Positions 1 through 10,866 are shown, counted from the first letter of the stretch. The stretch is 64,000 nt of DNA from Synechococcales cyanobacterium GL140_1_metabinner_5_sub (GCA_025359065.1 JANYHM010000093.1:22571-86570); one strand, 5' to 3'. Notes: generated by a model not told the origin, from the sequence alone. Translations and numbers: made by a program.

Positions 1-495
1 TTTAAAATTCACCCCAGTCAAAATCGGCTTGGTTTCATCTTGGCTACAGGCAATCAACGCCCCCCGTAAACCATCAATCAAGGCAGCGATCGGCAAATGT
101 TGAATCTCGCCATCTTCTGGTTCGGGCAGCTCTGGAAACTCGGTGGCATCCATGCCCCGTACCTGATAAGTGCCGGTCTTAGATTTTACGGTTACGACAA
201 TGCCATCGCCGTTCTGAGAATCGTTTTGCTCGATCGTAATGTCACCGCTGGGCAACCGGGAAACAATGTCATTCAGCAATTTCGCAGGCAGGGCAATTTC
301 ACCAGCTTCACTCACCTCCGCCCCAAAGCTAGTCTGGATGCCCAAACTTAAGTCAAACCCGGTCAACTGCACTCGTCCAGCAGTGGCTACCAGCTTGATA
401 TTGGTCAAAATTGGCAGGCTGGGCTTACCCGAGACTGCTCGGCTCACCAACGAAAGGCTGGAGCTAAGATCGGCTTGCTGACAAAGAAACTTCAT
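1..495 (-). CDS. dnaN: DNA polymerase III beta sliding clamp, N-terminal part (gene continues beyond the window start)
   Basis: Reverse-complement translation from the ATG at complement 493-495 reads MKFLCQQADLSSSLSLVSRAVSGKPSLPILTNIKLVATAGRVQLTGFDLSLGIQTSFGAEVSEAGEIALPAKLLNDIVSRLPSG..., a typical DnaN N-terminus. There is no in-window stop, so it is missing from the ORF track. Confidence 0.85.
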   Translation of the reverse strand, partial: MKFLCQQADLSSSLSLVSRAVSGKPSLPILTNIKLVATAGRVQLTGFDLSLGIQTSFGAEVSEAGEIALPAKLLNDIVSRLPSGDITIEQNDSQNGDGIVVTVKSKTGTYQVRGMDATEFPELPEPEDGEIQHLPIAALIDGLRGALIACSQDETKPILTGVNFK

Positions 496-624
496 GGCAG
501 AAAAATATGGGAGGATCGCAGATTCTATCCTAACCGGGAAAAGCAGCAATCTGGCCAGCATGATCGCTGATTGTACAAATCGAAAAGAGTGGCAAGTCAA
601 AATATATTTGCCACTCACTCATAC

Positions 625-1104
625 CTAAATCCCTAGTGCTGCTTTGATTTTGGCCAGAGCAGCAGCTTCTTCGGGGCTAACTTTAGTTGCGCCAGAGCCA
701 AATAGACCACTACCTGCGGCGTTGGCTACGGCTTCACCAACAGCGTAGATCAACGTTTTATATTCTTTGATTTCGTCAGCGGTGGCTTTGCCTTCGAGGG
801 TGGTAAGAACAGCTTGGACAGTGGCGATCGCCTTGTCTACAAATACTCCAGATTTAATGTCTTCGGCTTTGACATCTGGCTTATCCATTTTAATGGTGCC
901 AGCTTTGATCGCGGTCTCCGAAAATGCAGCTTGAATCAGGGTGTTGTTGGGGTATTTGGCCGCTGCACCCATGATTTCTTTGGTCATTGCTACAGCTTCG
1001 ATCGCGCTGGAGATAAGTCCCATATCGGCCATGGCCACTGCCATACCGGTGGTCATGGCAGCATTAGCAATACTAGTAAGTTCTTGATTAGAGTAGGCTG
1101 TCAT
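625..1104 (-). CDS. Ala-rich, predicted all-helical hypothetical protein (159 aa) directly upstream of dnaN
   Basis: Clean ORF with no recognisable catalytic motif. Confidence 0.5.
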   Translation of the reverse strand: MTAYSNQELTSIANAAMTTGMAVAMADMGLISSAIEAVAMTKEIMGAAAKYPNNTLIQAAFSETAIKAGTIKMDKPDVKAEDIKSGVFVDKAIATVQAVLTTLEGKATADEIKEYKTLIYAVGEAVANAAGSGLFGSGATKVSPEEAAALAKIKAALGI

Positions 1105-1196
1105 AATAGTGTCCTAAAATTATGGAGTTTGAGAGCATTTTAGTCTATCTTGCCGCTTTCGTCGCCGACTTAGAGCTACTGACTTTAGCCTTGAAA

Positions 1197-2333
1197 TTAA
1201 TCGGCAACCCCAACTAAATTAGGCATCTGAGCCTTATTTTTGAGCAAAACATCCTGACGAAATGACTCGATCGACACCAAACTATCCGAAGCGGCATCCC
1301 ATAGTAAGAAACCGAAGCAGCCAGGGAGATCAGCTAATTGCAGAACCTTAGATTTAGCCAAGAGATGAGCGTTTTCTTGATGACATGCTTCTAAATTGTA
1401 ATTAGGAATCCGCTCAGAAAGGTGATGAATATTGTGATAGCCAATATCTGCCGAGAACCAATTTAAGATCGCTGGCATTTTTAAATAGCTACTGCCTTCG
1501 ATCGCCCCCAGCAAATAATCCCAGCCATCAGTTTTGTGGGCATAAGAACCCTCAAAATTGTGCTGAACAAAAAACACACAAATAAAGATCGCTGCTGAGA
1601 AAGTTAGGGTAACTGAATAAATCCCTAGAAAGAACCCAGCACCTAACCAATTGCTGAGAGTTATCCAAGCACCAATCACACAAATGTTATTTAAGAGCAA
1701 ATCCCAAAATTCGGCAGATGTATACCAATTTCTGGATTCATAAGAAGTAAAAATTTCCGATAGGCTCAATCCTGACTTTTTCTTCCAGCAATCAAAGGCA
1801 TGGCGGATTAAACCATAAATGCCAAATATCAACTGTATCCTAGGCTTAATTGCCAGATAGAAAAAACCACCAGGAATAATCATCCAAGGCTGTCGCAGCA
1901 ATTCATAGCGCTTTTGGGCAGAGGGACTGAGCTTGGCAAATTCTTCGGTCGAAACTAACCCAGATGGTCCCCGATAACGCTCCCAATCACCATTTGTTTT
2001 ATGGTGATAAGCATGTCCTCGTGACCAAGGATATTGAGGAATAGCATTAATCGCCCCCAAAAAGAATCCTGCTAACCGATTGACTTTTTTGGAAGTAAAG
2101 AGCGAGTAATGACCACAGTCGTGCATTAAGGAAAAACAACGAACCGAGAAAAGAGTGATTAAAACCATGATTGGCGGCAGCAGCCAGAGAGAAATTGGTG
2201 CAGCTTTTACTGCCAAAAACCACAGCAAAAAATAGGGGATAAGCGTATTAAGAATTTGATAGGTCGCCCGCCAGTTATTGCTCTTCATGTAAGGAGTAAT
2301 AACGAAATCTGACTTTTTAATCACATCTGACAT
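1197..2333 (-). CDS. Membrane fatty acid desaturase (acyl-lipid DesA/DesB-like family)
   Basis: Three His boxes are present: HDCGH, HAYHH and HNIHH. It has an N-terminal hydrophobic segment, and its length (378 aa) and architecture match Delta12/omega3 acyl-lipid desaturases. Confidence 0.8.
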   Translation of the reverse strand: MSDVIKKSDFVITPYMKSNNWRATYQILNTLIPYFLLWFLAVKAAPISLWLLPPIMVLITLFSVRCFSLMHDCGHYSLFTSKKVNRLAGFFLGAINAIPQYPWSRGHAYHHKTNGDWERYRGPSGLVSTEEFAKLSPSAQKRYELLRQPWMIIPGGFFYLAIKPRIQLIFGIYGLIRHAFDCWKKKSGLSLSEIFTSYESRNWYTSAEFWDLLLNNICVIGAWITLSNWLGAGFFLGIYSVTLTFSAAIFICVFFVQHNFEGSYAHKTDGWDYLLGAIEGSSYLKMPAILNWFSADIGYHNIHHLSERIPNYNLEACHQENAHLLAKSKVLQLADLPGCFGFLLWDAASDSLVSIESFRQDVLLKNKAQMPNLVGVAD

Positions 2334-2357
2334 TGAATTAAGTACTCTTGCTGATAA

Positions 2358-2801
2358 CTATAATGAAGCATGATCGTGGGCATCGAGCATAAACTCTTCC
2401 CAGCGATCGAGCACTTGCCCATAACAATCTACAGGGGTGCTAACCAAATTTTTTAGCCAACATACATTGACTGAATGAGCATTGACCGATCGACCAGAGT
2501 TCAGTAACAACATAATCTCTTGGCGAGGGTTATACTGTTCGATTTCTGAGACCAAGGCAGCAACGTCTAGAGTGGTTATTTCTAATTTCCGTAAGAAATC
2601 ACCAATATATTGACCTGACACAAACCGGGTAGTGAAGTTCCAAGAATGAAGTCTAAGATCAGTATTCACAGGTAGAGGCTCAACATAACAGCAAAGCAAT
2701 CCCCAACCAGTTTGTTCAAATCCTCGCCAAGCAAGATAGCCAATTACCAGCAAATTATCCCGAATAAAAGCTGTTTGCCAAAAGGTGGAATTTCTCAGCA
2801 T
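2358..2801 (-). CDS. Hypothetical protein (147 aa), 24 bp upstream of the desaturase
   Basis: ORF only. The tight spacing with the desaturase gene suggests an operon. Confidence 0.45.
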   Translation of the reverse strand: MLRNSTFWQTAFIRDNLLVIGYLAWRGFEQTGWGLLCCYVEPLPVNTDLRLHSWNFTTRFVSGQYIGDFLRKLEITTLDVAALVSEIEQYNPRQEIMLLLNSGRSVNAHSVNVCWLKNLVSTPVDCYGQVLDRWEEFMLDAHDHASL

Positions 2802-3003
2802 TTTACTGCTTGACTAGTAGAGAGGAAAGTCTTAGCTATCAATTTGAACCTCGCAGATATCGGGTAAGTTAGGTGCTCCGGATACTCGCACGTAAGTAGG
2901 ACGATGTAACCAGGTAAACATTTTACAGTCTACCTAGTCGATAGATCAATACCGATGGTATCGTTTCGCTTGTGAAGAATGACTCAATCTACTGTTAATT
3001 CAG

Positions 3004-3642
3004 TTAGTTTGGATCAAGATTAGCCTTGAGCTTGAGCTGGATATCAGTGCCTTTCTTCAGCACCACTTCACCGCCGGGGCTAGACAAAACAAAGGCCGTA
3101 GCAGCCGCAGCACCAGCCATCTTGCCATGCTTGAAATTGGCCTTATCTCCAACAAAATGGCCAGCTACCGTGCCACCAAGGATGATCCCAGCATTTTTCA
3201 GGAACTGTCCTTTGGTCTTACTTTCTATTTGAGTGTTGACTAATTCTGCCTCGATTGGCACCAATTCACCGCTCTTTAGCTTGACATCATCAAATACTAA
3301 GTTCAACTCAGCCTTCTTACCTTTGGCCGCTTTATTCACAGACTCTAAATGTCCTTCGATAACCGCATCTTTCAGCGCAGGATACTTGCTAACTGAGCCA
3401 TTCTGGATTTTGATGGTAAATTTATCGTTCTTTTTGTTTTTGCCGCTAGACACTTCTTGCTGTAAATCAGTGCTGATTTTGGTGCCGATCGGCACTACCC
3501 CAGCAGCTAATTTGCCATTATTAGCACCAGCAGTAATAGCCGCGTTGGTTTTGGGCTTATCTTCTGGCTTGCCACCTTTGCAGCTAGCCAAACCACCCAG
3601 AGACAATGTTAATAGACCTAATGCCATAAATTGCTTGAACAT
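3004..3642 (-). CDS. Putative lipoprotein (212 aa)
   Basis: N-terminus MFKQFMALGLLTLSLGGLASCKGG carries a signal peptide with a lipobox (LASC). Lys/Gly-rich mature part. Confidence 0.55.
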   Translation of the reverse strand: MFKQFMALGLLTLSLGGLASCKGGKPEDKPKTNAAITAGANNGKLAAGVVPIGTKISTDLQQEVSSGKNKKNDKFTIKIQNGSVSKYPALKDAVIEGHLESVNKAAKGKKAELNLVFDDVKLKSGELVPIEAELVNTQIESKTKGQFLKNAGIILGGTVAGHFVGDKANFKHGKMAGAAAATAFVLSSPGGEVVLKKGTDIQLKLKANLDPN

Positions 3643-3804
3643 GATTGAAACCTCACACTTTTAAAAACCCATTGAAATAATGGGTGTGTCTATACTTTAA
3701 CATTTGGCAATCGTCTTGACATGTTTAAACCTTGCGCTCCATCAGATTGCCCAACAATCCATCGACCAAACTGGGTATAAAGAGCTACAGGATTTTCACA
3801 CCAA

Positions 3805-4743
3805 TCAATCACTGCTCGAAGATCCGCCATCAGAACTATCTGAAGATGAGCTAGATGAATTGTCAGAGCTATGAGACTCGGTAGTATGGCTTTCGGTGGC
3901 GTATTCTTCAGAAGAACCATAGTAGGCTGGCTCTGTCCAGCCATTTTCAGCACTAAAGCTATCTTGAGGCTCTGTATTAGACTGATGCAGTGATAGACCC
4001 AGAAACTCCTTAATATTATTGATGGCCGTTAGCTCATTGCGCGGATCACGAGTAGCACAGTCGGTCAAAAAGAAGCTGGGTTTACCAGATTGATGAACTA
4101 AAATTCGATCATCTGCTACTTTCAGACTGCCGCTAAGATCGATATTTTGAATGCCGGCCAATTCGCAGATCTCTCTACGGCCTTTGATCAAGCCAAAAAA
4201 TCTGGATAGCTGCACATCACAACGCTCGGTATCTCGATCGAACGACACCACTGAAGTTTTCCGTAACAAAAAAGCACTTAAAATCGATGTTAATCCAGCT
4301 AGACCCAGGCCGTTTGTCCAAAGTCTATTACTCTCAGCTACTTCAATAAACTTAGAATTAGGATCTTCAAAAAACCATGCCAGCTTGCCAGCAGCTTCAT
4401 CTCTGGATTCAAACTCGCCCTGCAAACCAAGCTGCATCTCTCTGTTTTCAGTAATTAACACCATTTGGGCACTGGGACTTTCGCCGGTATTCTCTGCGGC
4501 TACTACATCTACTTTTGTCACAGTATCGATCGGAATGGTCTTTTTAGAATTGTCAGAGATCAATTCATTATTAAGTTGGCACTGACCACTAGATCGGCTA
4601 CAGGTAAGGGTTGATGATTGACCGGCGAGTGACATCAGCATAAATACACCCACCGTTGGCCATAATATGAAATGTCCATACCAGGGCATCCAGTTGGTTT
4701 GCTTAAGTTTGAGTAAGCGAGGTGTTTTTTGAACAACTTTCAT
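3805..4743 (-). CDS. Membrane protein with a C-terminal Ser/Asp-rich acidic low-complexity tail
   Basis: I moved the start to the MKVVQK Met (8 nt after the sodA stop). There is one TM segment ([19 protein letters not shown]). The tail reads [21 protein letters not shown]. Confidence 0.5.
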   Translation of the reverse strand: MKVVQKTPRLLKLKQTNWMPWYGHFILWPTVGVFMLMSLAGQSSTLTCSRSSGQCQLNNELISDNSKKTIPIDTVTKVDVVAAENTGESPSAQMVLITENREMQLGLQGEFESRDEAAGKLAWFFEDPNSKFIEVAESNRLWTNGLGLAGLTSILSAFLLRKTSVVSFDRDTERCDVQLSRFFGLIKGRREICELAGIQNIDLSGSLKVADDRILVHQSGKPSFFLTDCATRDPRNELTAINNIKEFLGLSLHQSNTEPQDSFSAENGWTEPAYYGSSEEYATESHTTESHSSDNSSSSSSDSSDGGSSSSD

Positions 4744-4751
4744 TTTTTTGG

Positions 4752-5468
4752 TTATCCTTTTGCCTGATAGCGTTTTTCTACTTCCGTCCAGTTCACCACA
4801 TTCCACCAAGCTTTCAGATACTCAGGGCGTTTGTTTTGGTAGGTCAGATAATAGGCGTGCTCCCATACATCATTCCCTAACAGCGGATATTCACCCACCA
4901 TAATTGGACTATCTTGATTGGGAAAGCTGGCTATTTTCAGCTTGCCAGATTTTTCCCGCGACAGCCAGACCCAGCCACTGCCAAATCTTTTTACTCCAGC
5001 TTCGTTGAAGGCAGCTTGAAAAGCTGCGAAACTACCAAAGGTTTTAATAATATCTTTGGCCAGTTCTCCTTTGGGTTCACCGCCCGCTTTGGGAGCCATC
5101 ATTTGCCAGAACATAGAATGATTGGCATGACCACCACCATTGTTGCGGACAGTGGTGCGAATTTCGGTGGGAATGCTTTCTAAATTTTGCAACAGATATT
5201 CGATCGGTCTGCCCTGTAGCTGCGGATATTTAGCGATAGCATCATTTAAGTTTTTCACATAGGCCGCGTGGTGCCGATCGTGGTGAATTTCCATCGTGCG
5301 TCTATCGATAAATGGCTCTAAGGCATTGAAAGCATAGGGCAAAGGGGGCAGTGTAAACGTTGCAGCTGGCCTGACATCGGCGGCATTCACATTAGAGCTA
5401 AAGCTGGTTACTCCTAAGCTAGCTGAGCCTAAAAATCCCAATCCATACAAAAATTGACGACGTTGCAT
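4752..5468 (-). CDS. sodA: Mn superoxide dismutase with an N-terminal twin-arginine (Tat) signal
   Basis: [18 protein letters not shown] is a Tat motif. The SOD hallmarks [19 protein letters not shown] and DVWEHAYYL are present. The GGGHxNH pattern favours the Mn over the Fe type. Confidence 0.9.
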   Translation of the reverse strand: MQRRQFLYGLGFLGSASLGVTSFSSNVNAADVRPAATFTLPPLPYAFNALEPFIDRRTMEIHHDRHHAAYVKNLNDAIAKYPQLQGRPIEYLLQNLESIPTEIRTTVRNNGGGHANHSMFWQMMAPKAGGEPKGELAKDIIKTFGSFAAFQAAFNEAGVKRFGSGWVWLSREKSGKLKIASFPNQDSPIMVGEYPLLGNDVWEHAYYLTYQNKRPEYLKAWWNVVNWTEVEKRYQAKG

Positions 5469-5619
5469 ACAGAAACCTAACTCTTCGATCGAGTTGCTCC
5501 ACGAACAAATAACTGGCTTCAGAATAACATCTAGGCTTTATTATTGGCTGAAATTAGATGTTGGTAAGCAAAAGTGCTAGATTGTGCTCTAACCTGTCTC
5601 ATCTGTTTTTGAATTCTGC

Positions 5620-7977
5620 ATGGATAACGCTGCTCGGATCGGACTTTTGTGTCTGGCCTACATGTTGGGCTTGGCGGTGAGTTCTTATGCTGGGTGGAGT
5701 TGGGCGATCGCTGGGTTGGCGTGTGGACTGTATTTTGTCGAAGCCTGGTATCGCAGTCGCAAAAAAAGATTAAAGTTTTCCTTTTCTTGGCCTTGGCGAA
5801 TGGGCTGGGCAGCAATTTTAATACTAGCCAGCTTCTATGGCCAAATGCGGTTGCCCCATGTGGCTAGCCAAGATATCAGTATGTTTGTCAACTCGATCGA
5901 AAGCCGAGGCTCCAAGCAGTTTTCTACGGTGCGGGGGTTTGTCGATAGCTATCCTCAGGCAACCCGCAGCGATCGGTCACAGTTTTGGTTGCAAGTTAAT
6001 CAGCTCAATCAAATTCAAGGAGATGATCCAAGTCCGGCCAGTATTCGGAATGTGAATGGACGGTTATATGTAACTGCGCCTTTGATCAGTGCCACGGGTT
6101 TAAAGCCGGGAGTGCAGGTGGTGGTGACTGGGACTTTGTATAAGCCCATGCCTGCGCTGAATCCGGGGGGATTGAACTTTGAAAACTATTTGGCTCGATC
6201 GGGTAGCTTTGCCGGGATGCGGGCAACTCAGCTTTTTTTGACCGACGAAGAGCAAATTCGTACCTGGGACTTGGCCAAGATTCGGCAGCGGATTGTGGCG
6301 GCGCAGGTGCGTTGGTTGGATGTGCCGATCGGGCCGTTGGTTAGCGCTATGGCTTTGGGCAACGAGGCGGTAGATTTACCTTTTGATGTGAAAGATGCTT
6401 TTGTGCGAGTTGGTTTGGCACATGCTCTGGCGGCTTCAGGTTTTCAAGTATCGCTGATTGTGGCTGCAATCATTAGTTTGACCAAGCGGTTCCTGGCGAA
6501 GAAGTGGCAGTTTGGCTTAGGGCTGGTGGGGATTCTGGCTTTTGTGGCGATGGCTGGGCCGCAGCCTTCGGTGTTGCGGGCGGCGGTGATGGGGATTGCA
6601 GTTTTAGTGGGGATGCTGCTGGCACGGCAGTTGCGGCCATTGAATTCGCTATTGTTAGCCGCCGTAATGCTGTTGGTAATTGAGCCGCTGTGGATTTGGG
6701 ATGTGGGTTTCCAGCTTAGTTTTTTGGCGACTTTGGGCTTAGTGGTGAGTGCTACGCCGATTCAGAAGAAATTGGATTTTGTGCCGCCAGTATTAGCTGA
6801 GGCGATCGCCGTACCATTGGCGGCAACGATTTGGACTTTACCGATTCAGCTTTGGACTTTTAAGGTAGTGCCCTTATATTCTTTGCCCGCTAATGTGATT
6901 GCGGCTCCTTTTATTACCTTGATCAGCATTGGTGGGATGGTCAGTGCTTTGGTGGCCGGGATTTTTCCTGTGGCTGGTAGTGCGGTGGCTTGGCTGTTGT
7001 TGTATCCCACTAAGCTGTTGCTGGCGATCGTGGAGCTGTTTGCCAGTTTTCCTGGTTCTAATATTGCAGTAGGTAGCATTCGCCTCTGGCAACTATTATT
7101 TCTATACGCTGCTATTTTTTTGGTTTGGCAACTTCCCTGGTGGCAAAAGCGCTGGCGGCTGGTTGTTGCCCTGTCAGTGCTGCTAATTGTCGTGCCTCTA
7201 GCAGTAGTCAAAGGTCAGGAGTTTAAGATTACGGCTTTGGCCGCACGGGAAGAAAGAATCTTGGTGATTCAAAAGAATTATCAAACGGCTTTGATTGATA
7301 CTGGGGATAGTAATACTGCCCGATTTACGGTGATGCCATTTTTGACAAATGAGGCAGTAAATGGGTTGGAGCAAGCAATTACATTGCAAACTAGCAAGCG
7401 CGCAGGCATCGACAGTGCCAATGGAGCGGTCACTGAAGACACCAGTGGATCAATCACCGGAGGTGCAGCGATCGCCAAAGGCGCAAGCGGAACGATCGAT
7501 GCCACATCTAAGGGGTGGCAAACTCTCCATAATAATTTGGCAATTAACAGGCTCTATCATCCACCCCAACAGCCGCCGAAAATTCCGGGACTAAATATGT
7601 CTCCTTTGGGCAAAGCTCAAGATCTTTTGGGGGGCAAGAGCAATTTACTGTTTGCCGATCCACCCCTACTTGATCTAGAAATTGGTGGGCAACATTGGCT
7701 GATTGGCGGTGATATTCAAATCGATCAGCAGCGGGAACTAGCGATGCCCAATAAGCTTCAGCCGGTACAGGCAATCTATTGGTCGGGTGGGGTACTGACC
7801 GATACTTTTATTAAGGCCATTCGTCCTCAGGTGGCGATCGCTGCTACGTTAACTCCCAATCCAGAAACCATTCAGCATTTAGAAAAGCTGGGTACTAAGG
7901 TTTTTGTTACCGGTCGAGATGGAGCGGTGCAATGGACGGCAGAACAAGGCTTTCAGCCCATGCCGGGAGCAGAGTAA
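5620..7977 (+). CDS. comEC: ComEC/Rec2 family DNA internalisation channel protein
   Basis: Polytopic N-terminal half with the ComEC core motif (DVGFQLSFLATLGLV). The C-terminal roughly 250 aa looks like a lactamase-B-like domain but lacks HxHxDH (DTGDSNTARF in its place). Confidence 0.8.
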   Translation: MDNAARIGLLCLAYMLGLAVSSYAGWSWAIAGLACGLYFVEAWYRSRKKRLKFSFSWPWRMGWAAILILASFYGQMRLPHVASQDISMFVNSIESRGSKQFSTVRGFVDSYPQATRSDRSQFWLQVNQLNQIQGDDPSPASIRNVNGRLYVTAPLISATGLKPGVQVVVTGTLYKPMPALNPGGLNFENYLARSGSFAGMRATQLFLTDEEQIRTWDLAKIRQRIVAAQVRWLDVPIGPLVSAMALGNEAVDLPFDVKDAFVRVGLAHALAASGFQVSLIVAAIISLTKRFLAKKWQFGLGLVGILAFVAMAGPQPSVLRAAVMGIAVLVGMLLARQLRPLNSLLLAAVMLLVIEPLWIWDVGFQLSFLATLGLVVSATPIQKKLDFVPPVLAEAIAVPLAATIWTLPIQLWTFKVVPLYSLPANVIAAPFITLISIGGMVSALVAGIFPVAGSAVAWLLLYPTKLLLAIVELFASFPGSNIAVGSIRLWQLLFLYAAIFLVWQLPWWQKRWRLVVALSVLLIVVPLAVVKGQEFKITALAAREERILVIQKNYQTALIDTGDSNTARFTVMPFLTNEAVNGLEQAITLQTSKRAGIDSANGAVTEDTSGSITGGAAIAKGASGTIDATSKGWQTLHNNLAINRLYHPPQQPPKIPGLNMSPLGKAQDLLGGKSNLLFADPPLLDLEIGGQHWLIGGDIQIDQQRELAMPNKLQPVQAIYWSGGVLTDTFIKAIRPQVAIAATLTPNPETIQHLEKLGTKVFVTGRDGAVQWTAEQGFQPMPGAE

Positions 7978-8071
7978 AGCTAGTGGGCAGAACCGAGTCA
8001 GCAAGGCTGTTCTATGATAAGATTGAACTACCGATCAGTATGAACCAGAAGCAGGCGCAGGAGCTATTTCC

Positions 8072-10678
8072 ATGACTTTATCAGAAGAGCGGATCATCCC
8101 CATAGACTTACGACAAGAGATGTCTCGCTCCTATCTAGAGTACGCCATGAGCGTGATCGTTGGTCGCGCTCTGCCCGATGCCCGAGATGGCCTGAAGCCG
8201 GTGCATCGCCGTATTTTGTATGCCATGCACGAGTTAGGGCTGACTGCCGATCGACCGTTTCGCAAATGTGCCCGGGTAGTCGGGGAAGTATTGGGTAAAT
8301 ATCATCCCCACGGCGACACGGCTGTTTATGATGCCTTGGTGCGGATGGCGCAAGATTTCTCCATGCGCAGCCCGTTAATCAATGGCCACGGTAACTTTGG
8401 CTCGATCGACAACGACCCTCCCGCAGCGATGCGGTATACCGAGTCGCGCTTACAAGCTTTGACCGGCGTAGCATTGCTCCAAGATATTGAATGCGAAACC
8501 GTAGACTTTGCCGATAACTTTGACGGCTCTCAACAAGAACCCACCGTATTACCGGCACGCATTCCTCAGCTTTTGGTAAACGGTTCCTCCGGCATTGCCG
8601 TAGGAATGGCAACCAACATTCCACCTCATAACTTAGGTGAAGTAGTGGATGGTTTGATGGCGGTGATTCGCAACCCAGACATTACTGACCTGGAATTAAT
8701 GCAGTATATTCCAGGTCCCGATTTTCCTACCGGCGCACAGATTTTAGGTGTATCTGGCATCAAAGAAGCCTATACCACTGGTCGCGGGTCGGTAGTTATG
8801 CGCGGCGTGGCTTCGATCGAAACCTTAGAATACGCTGGTCGCCAAGATCGCGAAGCCATTATCATCACCGAGCTGCCCTACCAAACCAACAAGGCCGGGA
8901 TGATCGAACGGATTGCCGAAATGGTCAACGAGAAGCGCCTAGAGGGCATCTCCGATATCCGTGATGAAAGCGATCGAGATGGAATGCGGATTGTCATTGA
9001 ACTCAAGCGAGATGCCTATCCTCGGGTAGTTTTAAACAACCTCTACAAGCAAACGCCTGTCCAGAGTAACTTTGGCTGCAATATGCTGGCGATTGTGGAT
9101 GGTGAACCCCAGTTGCTGACTATTAAGAAATTCTTGACGGTCTTTTTAGATTTCCGGATTACTTCGATCGAGCGACGGACTCGTTACGAACTGCGCAAAG
9201 CCCAAGAGCGCGATCATCTGTTGCAAGGTTTGCTGATTGCCTTGGCCAATATGGAGGCGATGATTCAGCTTATTCGCGGTTCGGCTGATAGTGCTACTGC
9301 CAAACAAGAAATGATCGATCGGTTTCAGTTGTCGGAAGTACAGTCTGATGCGATTTTACAAATGCAGCTCCGCCGTCTGACTGCGTTGGAAGCAGACAAG
9401 ATTCAGCTAGAACACGATGAGCTACAGGTCAAAATTACTGATCTAGAAGATATTTTGGCACGCCGCGAACGGGTGTTAGAAATTATCGAAACTGAAGTTA
9501 CTGAAATCAAGGCAGCCTTCTCTACTCCTCGCCGCACGGTGATCGAGCATAGCGATGGCGACTTAGTAGACATCGATTTAATCGCTAACGAAAAAGCACT
9601 GATTCTAGTTACCGAGCAGGGCTACATCAAGCGGATGCCGGTGGATACCTTCAATATTCAAAGCCGCGCCACCCGAGGCAAAAAAGGCACGGGGATGAAG
9701 GAAGAAGATGCAGTAGAGCATTTTATTACCTGCTGTGACCACGATAGCGTGCTGCTATTTAGCGATCGAGGAGTGGTCTATCACATCCGCGCCTATCAAA
9801 TTCCGGCTTCTTCCCGCACGGCGAAGGGAATGCCTTTGGTGCAAATGCTGCCAATTCCCCGCGAAGAAAAAATCACCTCGGTAGTGCCCGTAGATGCTTT
9901 TGCCGATGATGAGTATCTGGTAATGCTCACGACTAAGGGCTTTGTGAAGAAGACTGCGCTGGCGGCTTTTGCCAATATTCGCTCCAATGGTTTGATTGCT
10001 ATCTCTTTGGAAGAAGGCGATCAGTTGCGCTGGGTACGCCGAGCGAAGGCTGAAGATAGTCTGATCGTTGGCACCCGCATGGGAATGTCAATTCACTTCC
10101 GGACTAACCATGAACAGCTACGTCCTTTGGGTCGGGCAACTCGCGGCGTGCGATCGATGTCTTTAAAGAAAGGCGATGAGCTAATCGGCATGGACGTGTT
10201 GCCATCTCAGGTGGTAAACGCGATTGCAGAAGCTGCGGAAGCCGACACTGGAACAGAAGCGCTAGAAATGGGAGTAGTGGAAGGCGAAGAAGTTTTGGAA
10301 GAAGCGGCTAGCCCCGGGCCTTGGGTGCTGGTAGTTACTACTGGTGGTTTGGGTAAGCGCGTGCCAGTCGGCCAGTTCCGCTTACAGAAGCGCGCTGGGA
10401 TGGGTGTAATGGCTATTAAGTTCCGCAAGAAGGGCGATCAAATTGCGGCGCTGCGAGTAGTTAATCCTGGTGACGAGATGATGATTGTCACTAGCCGAGG
10501 AATTATTATTCGTCAGGCGGTGGATGCAATTTCGCCTCAGTCCCGTATGGCTACTGGAGTACGGGTTCAGAAGCTAGATGCTGACGATGCGATCTTGGCG
10601 GTGGCTTTGGTGCCCCCAGGAGAAACTGAGGCTACTGAAGGTGATGCTGTAGAAGAGGGTGGCGAAGAGGAATCATAA
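8072..10678 (+). CDS. gyrA: DNA gyrase subunit A
   Basis: N-terminus [44 protein letters not shown] includes the catalytic Tyr region (AAMRYTE). Six beta-pinwheel repeats and an acidic tail follow. Confidence 0.95.
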   Translation: MTLSEERIIPIDLRQEMSRSYLEYAMSVIVGRALPDARDGLKPVHRRILYAMHELGLTADRPFRKCARVVGEVLGKYHPHGDTAVYDALVRMAQDFSMRSPLINGHGNFGSIDNDPPAAMRYTESRLQALTGVALLQDIECETVDFADNFDGSQQEPTVLPARIPQLLVNGSSGIAVGMATNIPPHNLGEVVDGLMAVIRNPDITDLELMQYIPGPDFPTGAQILGVSGIKEAYTTGRGSVVMRGVASIETLEYAGRQDREAIIITELPYQTNKAGMIERIAEMVNEKRLEGISDIRDESDRDGMRIVIELKRDAYPRVVLNNLYKQTPVQSNFGCNMLAIVDGEPQLLTIKKFLTVFLDFRITSIERRTRYELRKAQERDHLLQGLLIALANMEAMIQLIRGSADSATAKQEMIDRFQLSEVQSDAILQMQLRRLTALEADKIQLEHDELQVKITDLEDILARRERVLEIIETEVTEIKAAFSTPRRTVIEHSDGDLVDIDLIANEKALILVTEQGYIKRMPVDTFNIQSRATRGKKGTGMKEEDAVEHFITCCDHDSVLLFSDRGVVYHIRAYQIPASSRTAKGMPLVQMLPIPREEKITSVVPVDAFADDEYLVMLTTKGFVKKTALAAFANIRSNGLIAISLEEGDQLRWVRRAKAEDSLIVGTRMGMSIHFRTNHEQLRPLGRATRGVRSMSLKKGDELIGMDVLPSQVVNAIAEAAEADTGTEALEMGVVEGEEVLEEAASPGPWVLVVTTGGLGKRVPVGQFRLQKRAGMGVMAIKFRKKGDQIAALRVVNPGDEMMIVTSRGIIIRQAVDAISPQSRMATGVRVQKLDADDAILAVALVPPGETEATEGDAVEEGGEEES

Positions 10679-10691
10679 ATTTTCTCTATCT

Positions 10692-10735
10692 AAGCTTTTC
10701 GCCCTGTCGTTCTTTAACGACGGGGCGAAAAGCTT
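10692..10735 (+). terminator. 20-bp stem-loop (one mismatch, 4-nt loop) just after the gyrA stop; possible terminator or mRNA end-stabilising hairpin
   Basis: aagcttttcgccctgtcgtt-cttt-aacgacggggcgaaaagctt. No clear U-tract follows on either strand. Confidence 0.45.
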
Positions 10736-10866
10736 AGGAGTCAATGCTGACTCAACTTTTCCATACCAATTTTAACGGCTTGTGCCGATCGACAAAGTAT
10801 CATACGCCCTCGGGACAGACCACACTATCTGCTGGAGGATAAGAAACAACCCAATCTTTCCGGCTT

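Noticed and set aside
97-481. Plus-strand ORFs 97-351 and 239-481
   Set aside because: They lie antisense to the clear dnaN coding sequence and have no motifs. They are the usual shadow ORFs.
496-624. Looked for DnaA boxes or oriC upstream of dnaN
   Set aside because: No TTATCCACA-like 9-mers in this short leader. The origin may lie further left, outside the window.
3026-3664. Plus-strand ORFs antisense to the lipoprotein gene
   Set aside because: Low-complexity translations that overlap a better minus-strand gene with a signal peptide.
6846-7774. Several minus-strand ORFs inside comEC
   Set aside because: Antisense to a conserved ComEC reading frame.
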